Program-made: the position numbers and the translations under genes
Notes under the pieces: generated by a model
The model's input: only the letters and a program-made list of their open reading frames with translations
Told to the model about the DNA's origin: nothing
Databases searched by the model: none
NCBI RefSeq assembly: GCF_018977255.1
Contig: NW_024704742.1
Span: forward strand, 51,400,001-51,464,000
Source: Callorhinchus milii
Lineage: Eukaryota
Reading direction: 5' to 3'
Length of the DNA: 64,000 bases
Shown here: positions 13,480 through 26,368 of the stretch, in pieces
How the letters are laid out: every line of letters starts with the position of its first letter
Numbering within the stretch: the first letter of the stretch is position 1

Positions 13480-14247
13480 GTATGTTTTTAGTGTTGTCAA
13501 AGGTGGATGTTACCTCTTGCTAAAATTATTATTGGCCTCTTGGTCTTAACCAAAATTATCAATTGAGTCTCTTCCGCCCCTCCCAAAAAAGTTTTAAGAA
13601 ATAATCAAGTGGCACTATGTTTTCCCCTAAATCATTCTTGTGACATTTGTCCTCAACTTGAGATCGGACATCTGTATTCGTTTTATTATAAGTGGCTCTA
13701 ATTCCTTTTCTGTGGTATAATGTTAATCATAGTATAATTTAATTTCTAACATTGTCCTGCATATCTACCAGCTCTTCTGGTTTTGCAATCGATGAGTATA
13801 ATTTCAACCCTGTTGCTTTGTTCCTATACCTGATACAAATCATGAGATAAAGTGGTGCTTGCTTATTGTTTTTATCAACACTACTGTCTCTAGTACAGTG
13901 CATTAATTATTTTTGCTGTTAAGTAAATGAAAAGGCTCACAATCCTAGAATTCACAAGCTACTCCTTTAAGTAGAAGAGAAGCCAGCACTCAATTCAGTC
14001 CACAAAATCAATTTCTTCCAGTTGGAAAGCCACCATTGGTTTATAGGCTCTCATAATGTCACATCAGTCGGGACCATAACATTTAATATGACTTACAAAA
14101 AGTCTGAGTTGCAGGCAAACTGCATAAATGTATAAAATCCGGTTTAATCAATCTACATTGTGCAAGCAGAATTCAATGCAGCTGGTACGTGCGCATGCGG
14201 TAGGATTGTCACTGCAGTCAGGAAGTGCGAATGCGGTGATGGCCAAA

Positions 14248-15775
14248 TGCTCTCTCATTTGCAACTTGGCTTCATGAGTTTGGTTTTATTAGGATTCAGC
14301 AAAAGAGCTTTTAAGATGTATTTGATGAAAACAGAAGTGTTAATTGTTTATCTACCAAAATGATACGGTGTATATATTTTTTATATATATTCTATATATA
14401 TATATAAAAAATATATACACTGAATCCTCTTCCTGCTCTTCTGGAAATGACACTATGCTGAAGTTAGCTATCTTTGGTGCTGTCAGCAAATCCACCTCAA
14501 ACTTACCAGATCTATTTTAAGCAGATTATTAAAATGCTTGATAGATGTCTTGATAGATTTCCCATGAATTAATGCATCATGACCTGTCGCCGCATCCGCA
14601 CTGACCAGCAAGCGTTGCAATTGCAGTGAATCAGGGGAAATGAAGTTCTTCTCCTCATGCGGCGATGGATGAAGACTACATATCCCGCGATTCAATGCAG
14701 CCAGTAAGTGTAGAAGTAATGGAGCGATGGTGAGTAGCATTACGAGTTAGGAGGTAATTAATGAGTAGTGCAAAGAAATCTAAGTGGTTTTCATAGGAAA
14801 CTGAATTAGACTTGGGTCAATGTACAACTTGGATAATTATATGATTTATAAAGATAAGCCTTGTGCGAGTTTTACTGTATTAGTTTCTATGCACCATAAC
14901 TAGACTGTTCCGTCCTTGACTGGTTCAGGTCCTACCTTTCACACCGCCTCCACTTCGTCTCTGCAAACGCTCCTTCTCCAGCCCCCGCACCATCTCGTAT
15001 GGCGTTCCTCAGGGCTCTGTCCTCGGTCCCCTTCTCTTCACCCTCTACATGCTCCCCCTTGGTGAAATCGTTCACAGACATGGGTTAAATTTCCACATGT
15101 ATGCGGATGACACCCAACTCTATCGCTCTGCCTCCACCCTCAACTCCAAGACCATTGGCGTCCTGACCGACTGCCTGTCCGACATCAAGTCCTGGACAAG
15201 GCGCTCTATAAATGTAACTTGTTGTCGTTGTAGACGAGGGAAGATGAGAGAAGAAAGAGAATGGGAACCTAATGAATGTCCATTGCTTTAAGAAACATTG
15301 GTAGAACAACATAATCTGCTCACTACTTAACTCTCCACACTTTAATTTCTTGGAATATTATGAGAGAAAGCCGTGCTTGGTCAAAATAATTGATTTTTGA
15401 CTCTTTCAATATTTGTGTAGCTGTCTTTACTTTTTGTGTATGGTGGAAGAGGAGGAGAGAGTGCTCCACATTTCATCCAGAAGCGGAAGCCTGATGAGTA
15501 CGGACAGTTTTCCCAGTTGCTCTCTCATTTGCAACTTTGCTTCATGAGTTTGGTTTTAGTAGAATCAGCAAAAGAGCTTTTAAAACGTATTTGATGAAAA
15601 CTAAAGTGTTAATTGTTTATCTACCCAAAATTATATATATATAAATCCTTTTCCTGCTCTTCTGGAAATGAGAGACTTATGCTGAAGTTAGCTATCTTTG
15701 GTGCTGTCATCAAATCCACCTCAAACTTACCAGATCTATTTTAAGCAGATTATTAAAATGCTTGATAGATGTCTT
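14248..15775 (+). repeat. Local direct duplication: 14248-14551 and 15518-15775
   Basis: Both start tgctctctcatttgcaactt and end aaatgcttgatagatgtctt with long identical stretches. Confidence 0.95.
14905..15230 (+). mobile_element. L2 fragment: RT piece joined directly to the 3' tail
   Basis: [21 protein letters not shown]...YADDTQLY...DIKSW, then aaggcgctctataaatgtaacttgttg. Confidence 0.9.
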
Positions 15776-18700
15776 TCTCATTTACAAGTGCATGGTGAGC
15801 TATAGTTCTGACAATTGGATGTCTGGTAGGATGTCTATTAGTTAGAGGCATGTTTCCCACAGAGTAGTTGTTCCAGTTGAATTCTGAGATCTCGAATTCC
15901 AGCTGAATTCATTTTCCGTTTATGCTAGAACTGACTCCTAGTTCAACCGCACAAAACTCTGTACTCCCATCACAATCTGATCCTTGCAGCTTTTTACAGA
16001 GTATTTAATACAAGTATATTTGTAGAGATTTGAGTTTTCTTTCTGTGAAGTGAATATCATTCTAAACATCATTGTAATTACTGGGATTTTAAATTCCATG
16101 CTCCACAAGTTTTCGATGGAGTATTTACTCTCACCCGATCCCTCCTAAAAAAGATAAAAACAAAGAAAAGGATTGGACTGATTTCCATTTGAGTTTATGT
16201 GAACAATTAATTGGTCTATGTGCAAGAAAGAAGACAGCTTGCACTTTTGTATATTGTGTAGAAAAAAAATTGTATCTTTACAAGTGAGTAGGATTAGGTA
16301 ATGTATTTTAGACAAACTTTGCAGTCATTCATACCGTGCAATGTCTCACTAACATCTGAGGTAAATGACCACTTAATCTGGAGAATTGGTGGCCAGGACA
16401 CCAACAGATCTCCTTTCGCTTTAGGTTGTATCATGTGATCTTTAAAATCCATTTGAATAGACAGATAAAACCTCGGATTAATGTCTTATGTGGAAAGTGA
16501 CCCATCCAACAGTGCTTTTCTCTGTACTAGATGTACGCTGTGAGCTCAAGTTCTAACATGGAGCTTGAACCTCCTGATCAATACGTGAGCTGTGAACTGT
16601 GCCAAACCGACACTATTCTAGTTTCATGCAGTATTATGATGAATGAGTTTAATTCATGATTTCTTTGTACAGTGCAGCCCTGATGGAAGGTACTTTATCA
16701 CACAAATTTGGTCATAATGGTTGCACTGTGGATCCAGTTAACTATCATGCATGCAGACAACCTATTCACTTCCTACTGGCATTTCCACTAAAATGGCCAA
16801 CTTCAGAGTCATCAGGTCATCACCAAAGTTACTTTGCTTGAAGCAAGAAACTATGTCAGTGTCAAAATAACAAACAAAGTCCAGTTTTAGCTTCCACTGC
16901 TTTTTCCAGGACATCGGGTTTTCACCAGTGTTGCATACGCACCAAACAGTACATTTGGCAGTGACTTGATGATGCAGTGGTTGGCCATTTTTGTTTTAAC
17001 ATGGGAGTCGGCCTATGTGTGGGATGTGAACTGGCCGGCAGGTTGCATGAGGAGTGAAACTAGCTAGTATGCCTTGTTATAGCCTAGGTTAGGAATTTGT
17101 GAATTCCCAAACACTGCGTTATAATGAGGCTGTTTATGGATTGTGTCATTCTCCATCCATGCTTTTAATTGAACTATGGGCTTCTTCATTATAATCACAG
17201 GGAAACACTAGATTCTTTATTCAATTGTTATCTTAGTTCACATCTAGTAAATCTAGAAATTAGTACATCTAGAAAGGATATCACCTGCTCACTACTATTG
17301 AATACTGTATTTTCAGTGTAAGGCATATGCAGTGCAGATAAGAGCTTCTTTATAGCACAGGTTCAGTTTTAAGATGGTTGCAGTGTGGACCTCATTCACC
17401 GTGCATGCCCATAGCCATCGCCCGTGCATGCCCACAGCCATCACTCTTGCTTCCCATGTGCTGACCTGCTCTTGTACTAAAATGGTTAACTTTTGGGTCA
17501 TTAGATAGTCACTGATGTTAGTTACATGATATTCGTGGACACCTGCTGATCCAGAAGTTGGCTATTTTAACTTCCCATGCATTCAAAAGGTCCAACATCC
17601 AGGTCAGCGTGCTTCTGCCAACATCACTTCTGCTTTGTGCAAACACAGCACATATGAAGCAACATTGGCAGCAAGCTGATGATCTGGAAGATGCCCTGCT
17701 TTTTTTAAAGTGGGAATTTGCCACATAGGGCAAGGAGCGAGCCAGTTGGCTGCGAGTATGTGGAGTAAAATTGCCTATCGCAGGTTGTTGCAGCATGGAT
17801 TGCAATTTTCTCAATTCCAATCACTGTTATAATAGGACAATTGTTCAGTATTTCATACTTCTACCCCCCATCCCCATTACTTTTAAATAAATTTTTTTAG
17901 AAATACCATTTGACTATATATGCGCAGTCAGCTGACTCACTCCTTGTTCAGTAGCTGATTCTCACTATTTTTTTAAAAATGTATCTTCCAGGTCATCAGA
18001 TTGCCACCAATGTCACTTCTTATGTGCTGTATATGCACATATTTATTTAGCATTTACAGTGAATACATATTAGCTTTCAAAGGGGAACCAGATAAATATC
18101 TAAAAAGGAGAAAACTACAGGGGTTTGGAGCAAGAGCGTGTAAATGGAACTGAAAGGATTGCGCTTAAAAGAGCCATCACAGACCATGGTGGGCTGAATG
18201 GCTGCCTTCTGTACTATAAATTTCTGTGGTTCTAACCGTTTTTGCTGGATAATTTCAGCTCATGAGATCTGCCATGATAGTTCTCTACTATTCAGTGTGT
18301 TAGCACAAGATGGCAATCTTTTTATCTCCTTTAGCTCTAGTAAAAGATTAATTCAAAAATGCCAATGTTTATTGAAATCAATGAAGCCACCCTTGCAAAC
18401 AAGACATTGGTCAGCCAGCCCACAGTTGAAGATCTGAGTGGAAATCTGAATTCATTGCAGAAAAAATTGTCGGAGCCAGGAAAAGGTACCTGGGTAGGTC
18501 CACAGTTGATATTTGGATGGGAAGTTATAATAATGATGATAAATTTGCAAACCTGGGACAATTTCTACTTGGTAAATCTTTTTTTAACAAAAATTGCATT
18601 TGATATAGCATCTTATATCGTCAGAGTGTCTTGAAGAATTTCACAGGATTTTGCTGTAAAGAAGAGTGTGTATTTAGAGGTGAAATCTGGAATATAAAGA

Positions 18701-19668
18701 TTAATTAATTAAAGAAAAACACTGAAGAGCAAATAAGATCAGAATTGTTGCTGCAAGAGTTGTAGAGGAGATTGAGAAAACTTTTTCACAGTTATAATCT
18801 GGAATGCTTTGCCACACTCTATTAAGACTGAGATTATACAATTTTAAAAGCAAATATTTGAAGAGGAAGAAAGTAGAAGGATAGGAAATTAAGATTAATT
18901 TGTTTCATTGGATAAACTAGCACCAGTTTGATGAGCAGAATGGCTGCCTTCCATGCTGTTATTTCCATTACCTACATCAGAGCTGTTTAGCAGCAGAATA
19001 GAAAATAACATCTCCAAATTGACTAGCAAAATAAAATATTCACTAAACAATGTACCAACATATTTTAAGTGCCTTTGGGTTTTATTTTAGAAATGGGGAA
19101 GATGGGAAGAAAGTACCCTAAATGGAACAGTTTTTTTATGCATTTGTTTCTCCTCCAATACTAACTAATTTAAAACCATACCTTAGTCAACCTGAGAACT
19201 TCTTGTAAAATTCTTTCCCATATCCTCTCTCCTTCCCCTCCCCATTGGCAATGTATCTCTGAGCATCTACATAGAATTGCAAAAAAAACTTGCAAAAAAA
19301 TTACTCCCGTATTCTGCTCACATCTGGTGAGCTTTGAAATAACATTCACCTTTTTATATACTAGATTACCCACTGTATTCATAATGTACTTTTTTAAAAC
19401 TGTTAGAATAATTAGCTTAAATTGCAAACCAATTGAAGTAATGATGCTATAAAATGTTCCTTGCTTTTTGAAAATGGCTTATGATGACCCAGTGATCCCC
19501 TCATTGTCCAGAACTGTATTCTAATGGCATTGGCAATTTACCTCCCATTCCTTGATACTTAATGTACTGTGGGCATCCAGAAAGTATTTGTGTTAATGAA
19601 GTAGCTGCTTAGCGCTTGAACTGTTTGAGGTGTTTATAATTGGTTTTGTTTCTGCTTTCCTTCGATAG

Positions 19669-19763
19669 CACTATGTACAGGAAACAAGATTCAACTAGGA
19701 TGAAGTCTGAAGAGGAAGGGTTCTCAAATAAGAGATGCTTGGAGTGGTTCTATGAATATGCAA
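19669..19763 (+). CDS. DCUN1D4: DCUN1D4 coding exon
   Basis: gatag acceptor, A|gtaagt donor; [31 protein letters not shown]; phase matches neighbours. Confidence 0.96.
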
Positions 19764-20169
19764 GTAAGTATAATACATGTTGTTTGCCTGCAGACCTGCC
19801 CAATGGATTCTTCACTCAGTAACCTGCAGAGTGAATATCCATTGTTTAATGCAATTATTGTCAGGCTCTATAAAGGAGTTGTTAGAAATTGTGATCACCT
19901 TTTTAAAAGCTATATATCTTGTTTAAAATTGACTGTTTTAGACCACATAAGAGTAAGCATTTTTAGATATGCAGAAGAATAATTTAAATTAGTGGGTTTT
20001 TTCTGTGCAAAACGATTATTTATGCTGTATTTATCAATTTATTTAGCAAACTTCTGTCTACTAATTTTAACTTCTGTCTGTGGACTCATTGTTCCCTCTC
20101 CTAGGGTAAAATTCCACAGCAGTCTTAATTGAGAAGAATATTGCAACAAAATATGTTTGTACTATACAG

Positions 20170-20240
20170 GTAGTGATGATGTCATAGGTCCTGAAGACAT
20201 GGAGAAATTCTGTGAAGACATTGGAGTTGAACCTGAAAAT
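20170..20240 (+). CDS. DCUN1D4: DCUN1D4 coding exon (start of PONY/DCUN1 domain)
   Basis: tacag acceptor, gtgagt donor; [23 protein letters not shown]. Confidence 0.96.
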
Positions 20241-20823
20241 GTGAGTCCTTGTGAAAGTTAAATTGAGTGAGTGATGAAATTGATTGAGAACACGTCAGTT
20301 AATGTAACATTCAAACACTTGTGCATTTTTACATACAGTGGATATGTAGTCAATGGGAAGTGGTTGTGCTTAATTAACCAATTAAAGGCGGTTAATTATA
20401 AAATTAATACATTCTTTTCATCAGTAATGACCGTCCTTTTGGTCGTCTTTCCCCTCCCCACCCTCTCTGGCTCCCAATCCCAGCTCAGGTGCCAGCCCAA
20501 CACTGTTCAGTGCATTGGGAAGGGAAAGGAGCTATCTAAATGTAAACTTGTATTTACATTATTAAGGGAACTCTGTGCACCTGTTTATACATGATACATA
20601 ATAGAAAACAGATTATCTTACTGGGGTCTACAACTTCTGGTTTTATTTTGAGAAATAGAGTTTAGGCTCTTAATTTGAATGTAAATTCATTTTGGCTTCT
20701 TTTTCTGATGGAGAGTCAACTGTTTCTTTTGAAAAGCATTCAATAACTTGATTTGCATTGTCCTTTACAATGAGTTTGTGTTCATGTACTTTTCTTTCAA
20801 TATTGGGATTAATGCGCCAGCTT

Positions 20824-20990
20824 GGAGTCCTGTAGCTCAGTGGTTAGAGCACTCGCCTCGCAAGCGAGAGACCTGGATTCGATTCCCGGCCGGGCGAATC
20901 AAAGCACCTAGTTTTGTCTTTGAGATGTCTCAAAAGGCGTCACAGAATATACTGTAAAGTGAATTGATTATATTTTGTGGGCGAAACTGT
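20824..20990 (+). mobile_element. SINE tRNA head joined to an inverted SINE tail piece
   Basis: GGAGTCCTGTAGCTCAGTGGTTAGAGCACTCGCCTCGCAAGCGAG head on +, then minus-orientation tail. Confidence 0.85.
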
Positions 20991-21596
20991 ATAGTATCCT
21001 CATTTTTTCTTTTTGTTAGTCAGTTTTGGCTAGTTCCCAATAGATCCTTTGAGCATTCCAATCCTTTTTTGGGGGGAAATCTTCGTCAATTTTTAAAAAA
21101 TCTATTCTTAGAAAATTATCTTCAACTTTAGTTCTCAAGAAATTTGACCAGCTTGTTGACTCTGGTGTTTATTAAATTCAGTATTCTATGGAATGGAATC
21201 CATTAGTGTGGTTTTGATTTTAAAAAATATGCTTTTTGCACTACGTGAGCATCAGGTTAGGAAATGATCTAAACACAGTATTTTGTATTTCAATTGATGG
21301 AACCGTGGCTGAATTGGTATAGGTGTGAATTAGAACTATGGGCAGGAGGACGGTGTAGATGGCATACAGATGTGGAACTCTTAATTAGTTTGGATTCTCT
21401 TAAGCATGATGATGGGTTTCTGCACGTCTTGGACAGACAGCTGACCAAATGGAAATAAGATGGATTATAGAGGGTGAAAAAAACGCAACTGCTACGTATC
21501 ATTATAATTTTGAATTACATTATGATATTGTATAATGATGTTTAACGTATCCTTTCTAAATCTCCACTTCATATTTTGAACTGTGGTTCTTTTTAG

Positions 21597-21688
21597 GTGG
21601 TGATGTTGGTTCTTGCCTGGAAGTTGGATGCTCAGAGCATGGGCTACTTTACTCTGCAAGAATGGCTGAAGGGGATGACCTTGTTACA
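21597..21688 (+). CDS. DCUN1D4: DCUN1D4 coding exon
   Basis: ttttag acceptor, CA|gtatga donor; [31 protein letters not shown]. Confidence 0.97.
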
Positions 21689-22107
21689 GTATGAAATGTT
21701 TTTGATTTTGTTTAATTTACCCATCTTAGGGCTTCATTTTGCTAGGAGCAGCTAGTGTATGATTGTGCTTGTATCCCTCTGTAGATTAGTAGCATCTTTG
21801 ATCCATATTTGAAAAGTATGTTTAGCCCCAAAGAAAAGCAAATGAAGCTCACCACTGTGCTCTGCACTGTTGAACTGTGTACCTTTTATACTATGTACTT
21901 GCATCTCCAGGCAAGATGCAGGACTTGTCTAAAAAACAAAGTAAAAGAATAGAACAATGATGTATCCCCTCTTTGGCATTTCCATTTCCCAGATGGCCCT
22001 CATAAGAGAAATTCTCTGGAAAAGTAGGGATTTTTATTATTAAATAACTCTAAATAAATTAATCTTTGTCAACAGATTTAATCTACTGTTTCTTTTTCTA
22101 TTTTTAG

Positions 22108-22216
22108 ATGTGATGCCACAGAGAAACTGAGAAATTCACTTGATTACATGAAATCATTGTTAAATGAGCCTACGAACTTTAAACTTATTTACAGATATGC
22201 ATTTGATTTTGCACGG
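22108..22216 (+). CDS. DCUN1D4: DCUN1D4 coding exon
   Basis: tttttag acceptor, gtaagt donor; [36 protein letters not shown]. Confidence 0.97.
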
Positions 22217-22289
22217 GTAAGTGATTCTTAATAAGCTGTTAAACAACATGCATCCCACTGGTGATGGGTGGGGGGTTGGTGGAGGGGGA

Positions 22290-22600
22290 ATAATAATAAT
22301 AATAATAATCCTTGTATTTGATATAACGCTTTTCACATCTTCTAGACGTCTCAAAGCGCTTCACAGAATGTGCTGTAAAGTGAATTGACTGTATATTTGT
22401 GGGCGAAACGCGGCAGCCAATTGCGCACAGCAATGTCCCACAAACAGTCGTGGATTGAAAATGACCAATTTATTATTGATTTGTTTTGGAGGGATTATTA
22501 TTAGGCTCTGTGTGGAGTAAGGAAACTTGCCCAAGGTAACGCTCTGCCTGGAATTGAACCCAGGTGTCTCACTTGCAAGGCGAGTGCTCTAACCACTAGT
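22290..22600 (-). mobile_element. tRNA-derived SINE abutting the large L2
   Basis: (ATT)n tail, body and partial tRNA head. Confidence 0.92.
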
Positions 22601-22613
22601 GTACGTAGTTCAT

Positions 22614-25165
22614 ACAACAACAAGATTCCATTTATAGAGCGCCTTTCACGTCGGGAGGACGTCCCAAGGCGCTGTACAGTTGGGTCAGGACCCGAGCAGG
22701 GGGGAAATGGTCAGGGTGAGGGGAGGGAAGGGAGGGAGCGAGGAGGGGGTAGAGAGTCGAGAGGGGAGCTGAAGGCACGGTCAAAGAGAAAGGTCTTGAG
22801 ACCGGCCTTGAAGGAGGAAAGGGAGGAGGCGGCGAAGGCACTGGGGGATAGAGTTCCAGAGCCTCGGGGCTGAGAGGCTGAAGGCCCGGCCACCGATGGT
22901 AGGGCGGTTGGGGCGGCGGATGTGGAGCAGACCGGAGCCAGAGGAACGGAGGGTACGGGCAGGTAGGTAGGGGATAGTAGGTCGGAGAGGTAGGAGGGAG
23001 CGAGGCCGTGAATGGCCTTGTAGGTGAGGATGAGGATCTTGAATTCGATCCTCTGGGGGATGGGGAGCCAGTGGAGGCGAGCGAGGGTGGGAGTGATGTG
23101 GTCCGAAGCCTGGTGCGGGACAGTACACGAGCTGCAGAGTTCTGAATGACCTGCAGCTTGTGGAGGGAGGTGCCGGGAAGGCCGGCGAGGAGAGAGTTCC
23201 CATAGTCCAGCCTTGAGGTGATAAAGGCGTGGACCAGAGTTTCAGCAGCGTGAGGGGTGAGGTAGTGCCGTAGTCTGGCGATGTTCCAGAGGTGATGGAA
23301 GGCGCGGATATGAGGGAGAAAGGACAGCTCAGGGTCGAACAGAATCCCGAGGTTCCTGACTGGCTTTGAGAGGTGGAGAGTGCAGCCTTGGATGCTGATG
23401 CTGTCAGCGCCTGAGGTGCGGAGGCGCTGACGTGAGCCAATCAGGAGGGCCTCAGTTTTACGCACGTTGAGCTGAAGAAAGTTGTCTCTCGTCCAGGACT
23501 CGATGTCGGACAGGCAGCTGTCAGGACATCGGTGGTCGTGGAGTTGAGGGTAGAGGAGGAAAGGTAGAGTTGGGTGTCATCCGCATACATGTGGAAGTTA
23601 ACCCCATGTCTGCGGATGATGTCACCAAGGGGGAGCATATAGAGGGTGAAGAGGAGGGGACCGAGGACAGAGCCCTGAGGGACACCGCACGAGACAGTGC
23701 GGGGGCCGGAGGAAAAACCATTCATGGAAACAAAGTGATGAGAGGTACGCCCTAAACCACTCAAGGACAGGGCCTTGAAGGTTGAGGTGGGAGGACAAGC
23801 GGTGGAGGAGGATAGAGTGGTCGACCGAATCGAATGCTGCCGATAGGTCGAGGAGGACGAGGAGGCAGAGGGAGCCCTGGTCACAGATGGTCAGGATGTC
23901 ATTGGTGACCTTGACCAGGGCAGTTTCTGTGCTATGGGCAGCACGGAAACCCGACTGAAGGGGTTCGAATAATGAATGGGTGGAGAGGAAAGAGCGCAGT
24001 TGGGAGGCGACAACTCGTTCCAGGACCTTGGACAGGAAGGGGAGGTTGGAGATGGGCCGGTAGCTTGATAGCTGCGACGCATCAAGGGAGGGTTTTTTCA
24101 AGGTGGGAGTGATGGTGGCAGTTTTTAAGGGAATGGGAACAGAGCCAGAGGAGAGGGACAGGTTGACGATGTCTGTGATATGTGGGGCAAGGAGGTGGAG
24201 CTGGGAGATAAGGAGTGGAGTGGGGATGGGGTCAAGGGAGCAGGTGGTGGGTTTCAGGGATAGGATGAGTTTGGTGACAGAGGGTGGGGAAACGGGTACG
24301 AAAGTGTGTAGGGGAGGATGGGTAGGAGTCGGAGTGTGGGAGGGAGAGGGTGGGGGATGGGTGGATGTTGGAGGGGAAGTGACCGCGGAGCGAATTCCCT
24401 TGATTTTGGATTCAAGGAAATCCAGCATCTCCTCGCAGTGAAGGTTGGAGGAGATGACCTGCGCGGGGTGGCGGGGGGGACGGAGGAGTCGGGATGTGGT
24501 AGAAAACAGTAGCCTGGGGTTGTTCTTCGCCTCCAGGATTATCCTGGAGTAGAAGGACGATTTGGCCGAGGCTAGAGTGGAGCGGTAGATTTTGAGGAGG
24601 TCCAGCCAGATTTGTCGGTGGACCGTTAGGCCAGATTTGACCAGGTGCGTTCAGCGGCCCGCACCTGGCTTTTCAGTGAGCGGAGGTGGGTGGTGAACCA
24701 GGGGGAGGAGCGAGAGTAGGAGACAGTACGGGAGGTGATGGGGGCAAGAGTATCAAGTGTGGAGGAGAGGGTGTTGTGGAGGAGGCTGAGAGGAGAAGAG
24801 GGGTCAGTGAGGGTTGAAGGCCAGAGGGAGAGGAGTTCAGAGGACTCCAAGGCAGCGGTTAGGGATTGTGGGGGTAACTTCTTCCAGGGGCGGTCGAAGA
24901 TGGTGGTGGGTCTGGTGGAGGTGGGGAGGGGGGTGGAGGTGGTGAAGGAGATGAAATGGTGGTCGGAGACGGCCTTGTCGGTGATAGTGACATCCGAGAC
25001 ACTGAGGCCCCGGGTGATCACCAAATCGAGTGAGTGGCCGTGACTGTGAGTGGGGGAGTTGATGTGGAGGGAGAGGTTGAGCGAGGAGAGCAGGGAAGAG
25101 AAGTCTGAGGAGATGGAGCAGGAGGGGGTGAAGTGCAGATTAAAGTCGCCCAGGATGATGAGAAA
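22614..25165 (-). mobile_element. L2-clade LINE, 5'-truncated, frameshifted ORF2 (end of APE endonuclease plus RT) with intact 3' tail
   Basis: ILGDFNLH, HSLDLVITRGL, SDHHFI (APE); [51 protein letters not shown] (RT); tail ggcgctctataaatggaatc(ttg)n. Confidence 0.95.
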
Positions 25166-25780
25166 CAAGCCAAACAAGAACCATAAATATGTACAATTTT
25201 TAGTAGTTTAATTTGGAAAAATATTCTAAACAGGAAGCCATTAAATTATTAAGCAATTTAAAATAATCTTTTCAAGGTTATTTTAAAAAGGTGAGAGGAA
25301 TGAACTTATTTTATCACCACTCCCTTTTGGTCAATAGAAAAGGTTTCCTGTGATAATTCATTTAATTGGAATGCTTCACCAAATTGAAATCAATAAACTT
25401 AATTAATTATGCTATTTTAATGTAAAAAAAATCCTATTTTAATGTTCATTTACAAGTCTAGAATAATTAGTAGATTATCTTTTAACTTTATAAATTTACA
25501 CTTTTTTTATGACAGTGTATTTGATTGCTGAGGGCACTAGATTGGTTAATGCTGAGATGCATAAAATTGTTTCTTGAACTGTATTGGTTTTAGGGAGATA
25601 GCAAACTGAAACTGAGCACTTACTATTGGGAAGTAGGGAAACATTGATCAGTTATGACAGCTATTCTTGTGTACCTTTGAGTTCCGGTAGCTAAAATTCA
25701 CAATTCTATATGCTTCTTGTGACTATTTTCTTGTCTGCTGCTTGCACATCAGGCTTTCTAAAGGCTATTTTTCTCAACAG

Positions 25781-25885
25781 GAAAAGGACCAGCGTAGTTT
25801 AGAGATTAACACTGCCAAATGTATGCTGGGACTGCTGCTAGGAAAAACTTGGCCTCTCTTTCATGCTTTTCATCAGTTCCTCGAG
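25781..25885 (+). CDS. DCUN1D4: DCUN1D4 coding exon
   Basis: caacag acceptor, gtattc donor; [35 protein letters not shown]. Confidence 0.97.
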
Positions 25886-26265
25886 GTATTCAGAATATTA
25901 ATCTTTTCCACTAGCTAGTTGTAGCTATGTAATTATGCCAATGTTACTCATGAATTAAATTTCTATGTGAAAGTATTTTCCATCTGCACCCAGTTCAAAA
26001 TGTGTTATGTGCCTGTAAATGCTTAGTGATTCTTTAATCATTGCACCACACCAGGTGCAATATCAACTGACATTGATGAAATGAACATAACATGAATTTT
26101 CCCTAATACAATGAATGTGCCCCAGCAAGTTAGGTGCAGTGCAAAATGCAGTGACTTACATTTTCACAATGGCTGAAAGAAAGTACACCTCTGCTTCAAT
26201 TTTGTTTTTATCAGAATCCACTTTGTGACGTGATTCTATAGGGTTTTACATTATGTTCTATACAG

Positions 26266-26368
26266 CAATCCAAGTACAAAGTGATCAATAAGGACCAGTG
26301 GTGCAACGTACTCGAGTTTAGCAGAACAATTAACCTTGATCTTAGCAACTATGATGAAGATGGGGCCT
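26266..26368 (+). CDS. DCUN1D4: DCUN1D4 coding exon
   Basis: tacag acceptor, T|gtaagt donor; [34 protein letters not shown]. Confidence 0.97.

Noticed and set aside
20824..20895. tRNA-Ala(CGC) gene
   Set aside because: It lacks a proper acceptor stem and matches the head of the dispersed SINE family
22614..25177. Active reverse transcriptase gene or retron-like system
   Set aside because: It is an ordinary L2 ORF2 that is 5'-truncated and broken by several frameshifts
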